Source of the DNA: Pseudovirgaria hyperparasitica
Taxonomy: Eukaryota
Direction: 5' to 3' (one strand)
Length of the DNA stretch: 64,000 nucleotides
NCBI GenBank assembly: GCA_010093815.1
Contig: ML996578.1
Shown here: one piece after another, positions 28,962 to 40,489 of the stretch
Numbering within the stretch: position 1 is the stretch's first letter
Layout of the letters: each line of letters opens with the position of its first letter
The notes under the pieces: model-generated
The model's input: the letters and a program-made list of their open reading frames with translations, nothing else
Databases searched by the model: none
What the model was told of the DNA's origin: nothing
Translations under genes and position numbers: made by a program

Positions 28962-31900
28962 TTACACGATCTTATATGAAGTATCCCGATCTATCTTATT
29001 GCTTTTCCTACTCAGCCACGCCCTACGTGTCACAATGAACTTCTTTTGAAAGCCTATGATAAGAGCAAGGAGTGTGGTAAATCCTGCTAAAGGGCCTGAT
29101 ATCTTCCAGAAATAGGCAGTCGTCTTTGGGTTGTCTGCATCGCCAGTGATATCCCGCATATTCATCCCGTAATACGACGTCATGAAAGACAACGGAAGCT
29201 AATCAATTACATTAGCAAGCTGCGCAGTGTCAAATGACTAAGCGAACATACGTAAATGGAAGAAAGAATCGTAAATATCATCACCACCCTGCCCTGACGT
29301 GCAGCGGCAACACTGAGGGAGAGAGAGTGTCTCGTCTGCGCACTAGTCTCCTCAGCCTGGACCCATGCAGCGTGTGACTCTCGGAGGTTCGCACGCTTCT
29401 GTCGAAGATCGAGAAGTTGAAGGAGCTATACGTTGTCAGTGAAATCATTCTTGATCAAACTGTCAAAGACGTGTTCACATCTTGCTCAATAGCATCTGCG
29501 TCGGAACGTAAGCCCTGGAACTGCGTCTCAAAGGACGATAGTTTCATCTTAGTTTCCTCCAATATCTCAGTGCCAATAGACAAGTGAAATTCTCCTTCCT
29601 TGTCTTTCATGAGTGCCGTCGACACCTTCTCGACTACGTTTTTTTGAGTCTGAATGATCTCAACTAGGCCTTGCATTTCATCTTTTAGGGTGTTCGCGTC
29701 AAGAACGAGTGATAGCTCAAAATTCTCTTTATTGGTGTCGGCGGTGAAATTGTTTGTGGCCTTCTTCAGGTCTTCATTACGGAAGGATGCTAGTGCAGTC
29801 ATATGCTGTTGGCGCTTGACATGATCGTTAGTAGTGAGAACAGTCTCGGTGGGCAAAATGTGACTTACGAGTTCTCCTACAGCTTTTCGATACAATTGTA
29901 TGAACAGGAGATCGGTGTGGCGTACCCGTGACAACAATGCGGTCGTGGTTCTATCTATGATGAGGGCACATAAGTCATAGACTGAAGACATGACGGTCGA
30001 TGGATGATCAATCCTCGATAGATGGTCCAGGACTGTGGTTTCAACATCAGCTGCTTGTGAGAGCTCAATGTTGTTCGCTTCAAGGGGCTTGCGAGGAAAG
30101 AATGTCACGATCGTCCCTGGGAGAACGTTTAGTAGTCATCAGCAGGCCAAGATTCACTCGTGAAACTCCTAACTCACTGTTATCTGTGATGACCAGCCAC
30201 AGTTGCTGAACTATCAGTGTCTTCATACCAGTGTCAGACATTGCTGTCTGCTTTGGTAGTATCTGGGATGCAAGGCGACTGGACTGCATAGAACTAGTGG
30301 GATATCGGTACTGATCCAGTAGCAACGGGAGGTGTACAGGTGGCTCGGCGGTAATCGACAGACTTGTATGTCTCGTGTCAGGATTTGTTGCAGCATTCCT
30401 ATAAGCCTCTGTAACTTGCTCGGGTGTATCTTCAGATGTTAGGATGTCTATCGCTTGTTGCCGCTGCGTCAGAGACGCGACAGTGTCCCAGTGAAGAAAT
30501 GGCATAACAAGTACCAATCCTTGTTCAGTGGAAGTCGATTCCGTTGGTTGGGTGCGCAATTTGCTGATCGAAGCAAAGTCTGGGCGTATATGCCACGAAC
30601 CCGGATACAGGTTTTCGGTCGAGTGTACATGGTGGGACCAGAAAGCGTCAAAGTGTGTCTTGGAACATATTCCAGATCCGTTCTTCATCAACGAAGACAT
30701 GATATCCTGACATGACTTGTTAATCTGGCTCAAGTAATGAAGTATCATACCTCTAACATACCTCGATCCATATGCCGTGATTGGCACTGCCATGATGCCA
30801 CATGAACTCAACCTCTTGTTTGAGACCAGTTGGCTCGTAAGAGTTCAAGGATGTGCATTGGATATTTGGAAGATCGCTCAAGAGTAGCATACTGGATCGA
30901 ACCTGAGTTTGAACCTCCAGATCACTGTTTCTGCTCTCCAGAGTGAACTTGATCGAATGCGAGGCAATCTTTTGTGGCTCGTGTAAGGGCAACTGAGCTT
31001 CAAGAGCTTTCTCTGACTCTTGTCCGAGTTTGGAGCGTAGTCTATCAGGTATAGTAAGCTGTTGACCACCTTTAAGTAGTAGAAAAGCCCTGTCAATCAT
31101 GAGGCGGAGCTCCTCTTGATTTGAAACAATAGCACTGGAGCTGGAGGTGCAAGAATCGCCTCGAAAATGATATTGAAGCTCATTCGGAGTATCCAGCGAT
31201 ACCTGGGGCCAACTGAATTTCTGCAGCTAGCATTAGAGCCAATCATAAGATTTTAGGGGAAGGCGCTTTGAGCGTACTGAGTCGGGTACCGTGCAACTAA
31301 TCGTAATATACAAATGTGCGATCTTGTTAAACGTGGCTTCATGTTCACAAAGCTTCTTGAATGCCTCAACATTTTCCGTGCAGCTAGTATGTGCAAGATT
31401 CAAGTTCTTCGACAATGCTGTCGACGAGCTCACACGCGTGAGATTGGGAACATCTACATCCCTTCGATCAGTCAATATCATTCTAGGAAGATATATATGG
31501 TACCTATCAATACTATCGCTCTTTTTGCTTTTCTATCAGGTGGTTCCGCAGATAACGCAGCTTTTACGACTAAACCTCCCACTCCGAAGGCCAGAAAAAG
31601 CCATCTGCGATCCTGTAACTAGATAAACAGGTGAGTTGAAGCTTGGTAAACGTGCTGTACAGTCGACTTACCCGCGTGTTTCGCTTCAGCACTTCAGCTA
31701 TCTGATCGAGGAGGGTTTCACGACTCCTCAGGACATCCGACAACTGTTCAGCGGCGTGATCAAATACAAAAATGCTTGCGGATGGGAATCTTTCGTGTAC
31801 AGTATGCACGAATGCGTTTGTGGAAGCTAGTTTCGACTCAGATGCTGGCGCTATGAGCAAGCTGTGTCAAGGAGACCATCAGCAAAGTGCTTCATGAATG

Positions 31901-31986
31901 GTATTTGGCAAATAAAGACAGAAAACCTGGTTTACGTACATAGGCTCTAGGTCGTCCTTCCCTTCCCATCTCCAATCTAGTGACAT
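28962..31986 (-). CDS. Fusion of a degenerate SesB-like alpha/beta-hydrolase domain and a fungal CorA-like membrane domain; about 8 exons
   Basis: N-terminal RWLFLAFGVGGLVVKAAL...AIVLIDVP. Central LVLVMPFLHWDT, LDQYRY, LIVQQLWL, TFFP motifs of fungal CorA-like proteins. C-terminal coiled coil, then TM-LPLSFMTSYYGMN-TM. Confidence 0.75.
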
Positions 31987-32405
31987 GCTCACACAGCGTG
32001 TGCTCAGTACTCAGGTCTCGGGAGACAAACACAGCTAAGTCTGCATCATGTACGGAGAGTGGCTCGTGTTGTGTTTATGAGTTTTAGCGCAAAGGCTGGG
32101 ACAGATTTGGGCCTTTTCCATTGTGGAGGCTTAGCTGTCTGACCACATGCCATGTCCTTAGGTTTTGTAGGTGGCGTTCGTTCACAGCTTGTGCTTATGG
32201 ATGTGTGGGTGTGCAGCTTCTTCATTGCTTGCCTCGTATTGACGGTGGTTATATACAAGGGTAAGGTATTCTATGGCAACTGATGGATCCGCATTCATGC
32301 ATCCTGGTCATATGGCGGCGGGGCGCTCCCCTCGCCCCATAAGTAGGTGAGCAAGCCTCATCCCAACCATCAAGCCTGTCTTGTTCAGCTTTTACAGAAA
32401 CCGTC

Positions 32406-35400
32406 ATGTCTATCGACACGGACTCTAAGTCTGACTCCTCTCCGATCGAACAGGCAAGGCAAGCTGAATTACCTTTGCCTGACATATCATGCCGTCACTG
32501 ACTGAGCTATTCTTTCTCTATCTAGTGAAGGCCTACTATCGCTTACAGTCGACTCAAGAGGATGGAATGCGGTTCGAGACATATGTAGGAAGAGGCTGGA
32601 GCCAGGAGACTTCCAAGTTGTCTCTAACCTGAAATCAATTGAAGAATTGATGAGGTTCGTGGACAGTTTACGTATAAGATACCAAGATACTAGCAAGGCT
32701 TTCGAATTAGCAAGGCTTGATGCATGCTTCTACCAACTGCGGACTTTCCATTCCAGCATTGATGTATTTATCCACATCAAGCCGGCCATATTGGCGCCGC
32801 TGTGGGGCAGCTTAAAACTGTGCATTGATGTACAGCCCTACCTTATATTTATCTGCGCAACTCAAAGACGCTAACACTTGTTAGCTCATACATACCACGG
32901 ATCAGGTTCTTCAATTGATTGTAGATATGTTTGATGAGATAAATCAAACGTTGCCTCGAATAGCTACGTACATGGAGGTGTATAATGAAGCACCGTCACT
33001 ACTGGAGCCGGCACAAGAAAGTAGGACATACTCTAAAATTTACATACAGTTTACCTGACATTACTCCAGTGTATATATTAATTGCGGAATTTGCTTGTCA
33101 GGTTATCTGGTTTTTTCGCCGTAATCCGCTCAGTAAGTTCTCTACCTTGACCTCCTTCGATCATAATTCTGCACATTGGCGCTTACATTGTCTAGAAAAC
33201 CTTTTAGTCACGACCTGGAAGCCGTTCAAGCCTGAACTCGACAAGACAGTGTCGAAGATAAGACAAAAGGGTCGTCAGATCGAGCTCGAAGCTCAAACAC
33301 TCAGTCGGCAACACGATGCTGTCCGCTATGAAGAGCTCAAGCACATTCTCAGTTCCTTAGAAGTCAAAAATCGCGTCACGCTACCATGCCACTATCTACC
33401 TCTGGCACGGAATCCTACTCTTGTCGGTCGAAATGATCTCCTAGATGCTGCCCATAATCACCTATGCTCCGCTCTTGACGAACAACGTATTGTTTCTTTC
33501 TACGGCTTAGGTGGGGTCGGAAAGACCCAGATCAGCATTGAATATGTATATCGGTACCTGGATGGCTACTCAGCCGTTTTCTGGCTCTCAGCAGATTCGG
33601 TAGTCAAGATGAGCCAAGATGTCCGAGGAGCCCTTGAGAAATTGGGAGCAATCAAGTCTAATGGGCCGGAAAATGACCAGCAGTGCCAGAACATATTCAG
33701 TAATTGGCTCAAAGATACTGGTTAGTGTTACTCCGACGTTTCCTACCACTGCTGATATTTTATCAGAAGAGAAATGGCTTATCGTTTTCGATAATGCTGA
33801 TGATCTGAAGGTTCTTCAAGGATATTGGCCTACTTCACGTCGTGGTCATATCATCCTTACCAGTAGAGACCCGGCCTCAGCAAGGTTTCCAACAAACAGT
33901 AAAGCACTCAGAGGTCTCCAAGTCCTGCCATTATCCGACGCCGTAGGAGCAGATATGCTTCTCGGTGTACTGTCTCACAAGCAAGACCCTTCTGATGAAA
34001 ATCACCAAGTTCATACCATGAACGACATCGAAATCGCAAAGGATCTTGTAGCGCAGCTTGGGGGCCTCCCTTTAGCAATCATACAGATTGCTAATTACAT
34101 CTTGGAAGCAGAATGCGAACTTGACGAGTTTAGCGAAATATTCTCCGACTTCCGCAATCGCAGCTCGCTTTTAGATGAGGATGCCAGCAATACAAACATG
34201 TCTTACCCTCATTCTCTTGGTACAGTTTGGGATATCTCGATGACTAGGATCGAAAAGTCAAACAAGAACTCTTTTCACATGATACAGATAATGTCGTTCT
34301 TTGATCCGGATGGTATACCCGAAACTCTTCTCGATAATTCTGATGTGCAGCGACCCGGCGATGCGTTACCGGCCTTAAAGTATCTCCAGAGCAAGTTGCT
34401 GTTCCTCAACGCAACTCGTCCTCTCTTGCAGCAGTCTATGATCAATAAGAACAAAGTGCAGCGATCACTAGTGATGCATCGCTTAGTGGGTGCAATCACA
34501 CACAAGAATATCACACACGCCGATAGACAGACGAGATTTGATGAAGCATTAGAACTTCTTTATCGAGTATACCCCCAGTTAACATTACAAAAGGCATCTT
34601 TGAACGAACAATGGCCTCGTTGTCGTCTATATGTGCCACAAGTCCTGGCTCTGGAAAGATCATATAGAGAATCTCAGGAACCCCTAAAACCCAGGGCAAA
34701 ATTTGCTACAGTTCTATCAAATGCGGCATGGTTTCTTTACGAGAACGGTTTGCCCGGTCAGGCAATGCAAATACTTCCAACCGCAAAGGCAGTGGCAGAA
34801 GCTACTCTGAAAGGTAACGAATTTGCTGCAGTTACCATATACAGGACATATGGTGGTATCCATATTGACGCAAACAAACCACAAATATCTTTAGAGATGT
34901 GGACTCGCCAAATGAACATAATGAAGGAAATAGGCTCCGAGCTTTCGGTTGCTCATGGCTTGAGCAACATGGCCTTGGCAGAACTTGCCATTGGTAATTA
35001 CGATGACTCCAGACGTGAGCTAAACAAGGCCACCGAGATTCGCTCTAAATATCCTGGACAGGCGGAAAGCTACAAAGCCTTGACGCTGGATGTCGAAGGC
35101 ATGCTAGATAATGCTCAAGGAAAGTATCAGTCTGCCATCAACAACCTTTCAGCTGCCATCAAGCTGTATGATGAGGAGCTAGGAGTGGGGAACTACTTGA
35201 CTGCGTTGTAAGTGCTAACTCCAGTAAGTATCGTGAAAAGCTCTAATAAAACAGCGCCAACCACACTCTGGGCAACGTGTATGAGCGAATGGGCCACTTG
35301 GAAGAAGCATTTCGGCTCCATTCTTTATCTTTATCTGTCCGAGAGGATATCCTTGGCGAGACTTATCGAACTGCAGGATCATTACACAAGGTCGCATGGC

Positions 35401-35727
35401 ATCTTCATATGCGAGATGACCATGTTGGCGCGGAGTATGTTTTACACCACATCCGATAAAGCTCCGTGACCTTCACATCTAAACTCTCATAGGAGGCTGC
35501 TTTACAAAGCGTTGAAGATATACGCGTCGGCTTACGAAGGTAAAGGTGGTATTGGTAGATCAAGCTATCTGATGAGTTTAGTTTTAGCTCAGCTTGGGAA
35601 GGAGGAGGATGCCATAAACACGAAGGCACTGGCAGAGAAGATACGAGAGGAGCTCAGTGGCATTCCTCCAGGCCATGATGATAATCTCAAATCATACGAC
35701 AACCTTGTCGGTATGCAAGACCGGTGA
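32406..35727 (+). CDS. Fungal NLR: helical N-terminal domain (Goodbye-like) + NB-ARC + TPR; multi-exon
   Basis: DVFIHIKPAILAPLWGSLKL N-domain, LVGR, GLGGVGKT (Walker A), WLIVFDNADD (Walker B), ILTSRD, LGGLPLAI, MHRLV, then TPR-like helices ending SYDNLV. Confidence 0.9.
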
Positions 35728-36345
35728 GCAGGTAATACTCTGCACGATTCAGCTACTCCAAGCATTTGACAGATCCCTCTTGGTAAACGTTCTTGGATGA
35801 CGAACAGTGGCGGTTGTGACTTCTAATCCAATACAATTTCGAATGGTTCTGATTGTTCACGTTGCGACATATGTCTTGATCTACACTTTCGCTGCTGATC
35901 TCGGATTACGTTTGCCGTGTATCAATTAACAGCCCGCGGATTTTATACTCGACAAGGAAAATGGTCATTTGACCGGAATGACAAACGCCTGCATTTAGTC
36001 TTGGTACTCCGAGGGCATCAGGGGCTTGATAAGTATTACGCTTGGCGCACAGGTGCAAGACTCGCAATCTCCAACAGCTCGATTGGCCAAATTCATTCTT
36101 GCCACCAACAACTTCCCTGCCATGCATATTGCTCTGCATGAAGCTCACCGATCAAGGATGACTTTCTGGAAGTTGCCGTACACAATTCAGAGCGAATGCA
36201 ACCCCGCACCTTCCAAATCTTTGCTCTTTCCTTGTCAGTCTTCGAGCCGTCTCATTCGGAAATTTCAAGAGCACCTCCTCACACGCATAATTCTTTCAAA
36301 GCTACAACGACAGTAGAAACCTGACTGAAAACGACATATTTCAAT

Positions 36346-36603
36346 ATGCCGCTTGTTGAGTCTCCAAAAGAACAGCCCTGGAAGGAATATGTAAAACCCC
36401 CTGCCGCTGGGCCGTTCGTTACGGAGGCAGCTCCGGTAAGCACAACCAGAACTGACAATCGATAATCGGGACTAGGGCTGAGATATTTCCAGAGACAGAT
36501 ATCAGAGACAAATGGGAAAGTTACTAGCGCAACGGTGTCTCATAGTTTGGAAGAATTGAGATTTATCAGAGAAAAATGTGGACATTGCCTTGGCGAAACA
36601 TAA
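36346..36603 (+). CDS. Possible small two-exon protein, about 66 aa (36346-36435, 36493-36603)
   Basis: ATG in CAAT-ATG context, canonical GTAAGC donor at 36436 and CAG acceptor at 36492. The spliced frame is open to TAA 36603. No recognisable homology. Confidence 0.35.
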
Positions 36604-36871
36604 AGACATGTTCTTGGTGTGCATAGGCGAGAATCATGCGATATATCGGGAGAGCGCATAGATACAGCCAGCACTTGCGATACCAATTCACTAGCTACCA
36701 ATCCAGATTCGCATTGACATTTCCAGAATCTACTTCTCTATCCGTGACATTGTCCTACTCAACCTCCCGGCTGCAAGACTAAGAATTCAGTGAAACCAAT
36801 TCGCAGTCCAGTCCAGAGATGCAAACAAGTACACCTCGCGCTCACAATAACGGATTTTTATCCCACCCAGT

Positions 36872-37949
36872 CATGACCAACGCAACACTTTCCTTCATCT
36901 CCGATCTCCCTTTGTATACCAATGTCAAACCGTATGCCATATCGACAGACACACAAGTCCCAGAGGAAGCACGTTCGAATATCAAATTCGAAGAGCGAAG
37001 CACTATCCCCATAACCGATGTCAGGACATTGCCACATGATAATCTATCATACTCGCAGCAAGGGTTCCGGTTTTTCGCACACCCGTCGTCGGCAACGTAT
37101 GAGTTCGGGTTTGATGACGCCTCTGTTGCAACGTACTGCAGAAAACTTGTGGAACTGGTCAGAAAGGAATTCATGACTGAACATGTGTTTTGCTACGATC
37201 TGAAGGTAACATCAGTAGCGTTAGCTGTAGACAAATTATTTTTTGACGCTCCGAAGGTTCGTGATAGTGAAACAAAGACGACTGAATATGGTGCTAGCAC
37301 TGATCTCAGCGCTGGCAATATTGCACCGCCGGTCTATGGTGTTCATATTGGTGCGTATGCGACGGACAGCATGACAGTGTAGCTAGATGCTGAAGTCCCA
37401 CTGTTACAGACCACACCGAAACTTCAGGACCACAACGCATACGTCGGCATTTGACGAATGTCGAAGTCGAGCGGTTCTTGAATGGTGGGTTCCGAGCACG
37501 CATTGTGAAGTAAGCGGACTGAGATGCCGGTGTGCTCAGTTGAAATGCTCACATGGCCAGTGTCTGGCGACCTCTCTATCGGCAGGTTGAAACGTGTCCT
37601 CTTGCATTGTGTGATGCAAGCTCTGTTCCAGCAAGCGATTTGCTCGCAGCAGATATGGTAACGTCAAATTATGTCTTCGACCTCTATTACACAAAATATA
37701 GTGCCAACCATAAGTGGTACTGGTTAAGTTTCCAGACCCCTGAGGAAGTTGCCGTCTTCGTACAGTACGACTCTAATGAACCGAGAGAGTCAGATACAGT
37801 ATCAAGTAAGTGTTGCTGGAATACCTAAATGTCATATTTCTGACAAAGCAGCGTGTCCCCACGCCGCGATTCGACAAAGGGACAGTGGCACCTGTGGTAC
37901 GAAACGCGAGAGTGTGGATGCAAGGCTCATCGTTTTCACACTCGAATGA
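36872..37949 (+). CDS. AsaB/CmcJ-like (GA4-desaturase family) Fe(II)/2-oxoglutarate hydroxylase/desaturase; multi-exon (alternative ATG at 36819)
   Basis: PLY..VKPY, ITDVR, QGF, VHI|D (HxD), VWRPL, PLALCD, HKWYWLS.QTPEEV, CPHAA, RESVDAR. Confidence 0.85.
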
Positions 37950-38081
37950 TGCAGAAAGGCGTTGTGCTCGTTCACCTAGTCTCCTGCTGGCTGGGGGGCT
38001 ACAATCACTACACATGTCTGATAGGTTGAGGAAGTAATGGTATAGCTCTACTGGTATAAACATCGAGATGTGCGCAATCCG

Positions 38082-39899
38082 TCAAGTCATATCATCAGTT
38101 TCGACTTCAGATGAGAAGTTCGTGGAGTCATTGAGGTCCTCCCTATGCTCCCTGATAGCCCGAAGTAAGTGATCAGGGTCGCGAGTGGTGTATAGGAAGA
38201 TTGCCGCCACGATACACATAACTACCGTAACAGCATAGAAAGGTATTCCAAGAGCTGCATCTGAACCTTGATCCAAAGCCAGAGACCAAAGATACCATAT
38301 GAACGGAGACAAAGTCAAGTCAGCGAGGACTTCAGACGTAATTATGACCGTATTCAACCTAGCAACTTCCTCAGGTAACACCAGTGAGGTCGCTATCGCC
38401 AGTATTGCCGTGCGACCACCTGCGCCGGTAGCATATATCACGTAGCCTATGGTCATGATTAATATGAAAGCAACAAATTTATATAGAGTGTTTACCAGGT
38501 ATCATTAGTCCCACACTTGGTGCGGCAGCAATGATGAGGGCTCCAAACCCTAGAGCACAGACGCTGTACCGAACAACTGCTCCTTCAGCGCGTATTGGAC
38601 CAAAAGAAGGATGCTTCTTGAGATATGTCACTAACACTGGCAGCATGAAGAAACTTAGCATAAGGCCAATGATCCCACTCATGGCGTCAAGAAAACCAGC
38701 CTGGTCAAGATCAGAGCGTGTCGAACCGAACCTAGCAGTGAAAGGCATCGGAAGAAGTTGTTGGGACACTTACATTTGCCAGTGACCAGTGATAGCGTTT
38801 AGAAACATACGGTAGTACGAGCTCTATGACAGGCCCACGTACAGCCATTAAAGGGAACAGAGCAATTATACCCACCAAGTAGTCTCTCTTGCGGACAGTA
38901 TTGCGAGCTTTATAATATATTTGCCACGCCCTCGTGGAGATCTTGGAGGGAAAAACATTGCTGAATACACCTCCTTGTCGCATTTTCGTCTGGCTCTGCT
39001 CCGCAAACTTCTGACTTGAAGGCATCAGTACAACTAGGAGGAGTGCGATGCCCCAGCAAATGAAAGCGAGACAAAAAGGTAGCCAAAGATACTTCATCGT
39101 CGCTGGTGCCAGGCCATTGCCGCAGATGTAGCCGAGATAGTACATGGCGAGAAGTAGATACAGGATCGTTGAGCTGGACAGCTTATAAGATTAAGCTATA
39201 CGATACCCAAGCTACACCTATCACTCACCTGTCCTCTGTTCCAGTCATGTCAACTCCCATGGTGAAGGCTATTGCGTTCTGCACTGATGAGCCACCGCCG
39301 ATTACTAGGAATGCGCTGGAGGCCAGCACAGAATCGATATGAACATGATCGTACAAAGTGCCTATGTGTATAGTCAGGGGCCCGAAGGTTCGCACAATCT
39401 ACACGGGCTTACAGATAAGCATGATCCACGCGGTACTTAGTAGCAAACCCACAGTACACGTGCTGTATACAAGTTTTCTTCCATATCGGTCTGCGATATA
39501 ACCGTATGGAATGGATAGCAGTAGTACGACGAGTCCGTCAAGGAATACTCCTGCAGCGCGAAGTCGAGACAAGCCTCTCTGGATGCTGCTGAGCTTGCAT
39601 TTGTCTTCGGTAATATCGTAGCCTGGCCAGTATGGGAGATCATGTATGAAAGATGGATCGTGATCTGAGTAGTATGTGCGACACAGAGTTAATTCTAGAA
39701 TGCGGAGTCTTGGAGCTAGGATGTGGTAGTAGGCGAAATTGGTAATGAATTGAAGTGTCAACAAGTAAAGAACCCTAGGCTGGATGAGGTGGATCAGGCT
39801 GCTATCATGGGGCCGGTCCGCGCCGTCGTTTGCTGGTGACGCCGGCGAAACAGGCGAGCTGACCAACCTCGTTCGTTCGTCTGGCTCAGAATCTGGCAT
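38082..39899 (-). CDS. MFS efflux-type transporter; multi-exon
   Basis: ERTRLV N-terminus, APRLRILELTLCRTYY...EDKCK luminal loop, YGYIADRYGRK motif A, multiple TM segments. Confidence 0.85.
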
Positions 39900-40064
39900 C
39901 TTCAGGTGCCGCTTCCAGTATAATACGGCCCTGAATTACTCTTGAGAGAGATACAGAGGAGAAGCGTCAAAACAAAGAGATGGACTATTCAAGATGGATT
40001 GCAAGTTGGGAAGACTCCCGAATAATAGCCGATTGGGCAGTAAGGGCTCGTCGAACCCACCCCC

Positions 40065-40363
40065 TGTTCACTCAGACTTAAGGCAAACCATTCCATGTCT
40101 AGAGCGCCTAGCTTTTATAGCATAATATAGTATAGAGATATCTAGCTACTTAGTCATTGCATAATGATTACTAAGGATATATAGGTATTCTTCCTTTATA
40201 CTTGGTAAAAGCAATAATAAATTTTAAGAAAGAAGAGCTTAAGAAATGGTCTAATAATAGAGCACTAAAATTTATCTACTATACTTCTCTAAGTTGCTAG
40301 TGGACTATCAGAGTAAAGCTAGTTAGCCTAGATATACGATAGAGAACCTGGGTAATTTAGGCA
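40065..40363. mobile_element. Candidate RIP-mutated solo LTR
   Basis: 299 nt starting TG and ending CA, flanked by CCCCC on both sides (40060-40064, 40364-40368). Interior AT-rich and TpA-rich. Confidence 0.5.
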
Positions 40364-40489
40364 CCCCCACCCCCTTGGTGAGAATCTGTCCATGACACAC
40401 TTCATCGATCATCTACACCACGTGCATATTGCCTCCACTTCCACCACCACCTTTTCTGATTTCCCTATCGATATCGCAATCGCAAAGAA

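Noticed and set aside
32406..32700. Amyloid signalling motif (HRAM/PP/sigma) at the NLR N-terminus or the partner's terminus
   Set aside because: No G/N/Q-rich pseudo-repeat is visible. The N-terminus is a helical domain and the partner ends in TM helices with a basic tail.
34700..35727. Highly conserved internal TPR repeats of the hypervariable het-type NLRs
   Set aside because: The repeats are degenerate, with no near-identical DNA units.
28962..35727. Apparent frameshifts suggesting the NLR and CorA-like genes are pseudogenes
   Set aside because: The breaks I examined coincide with plausible introns that restore the frame.
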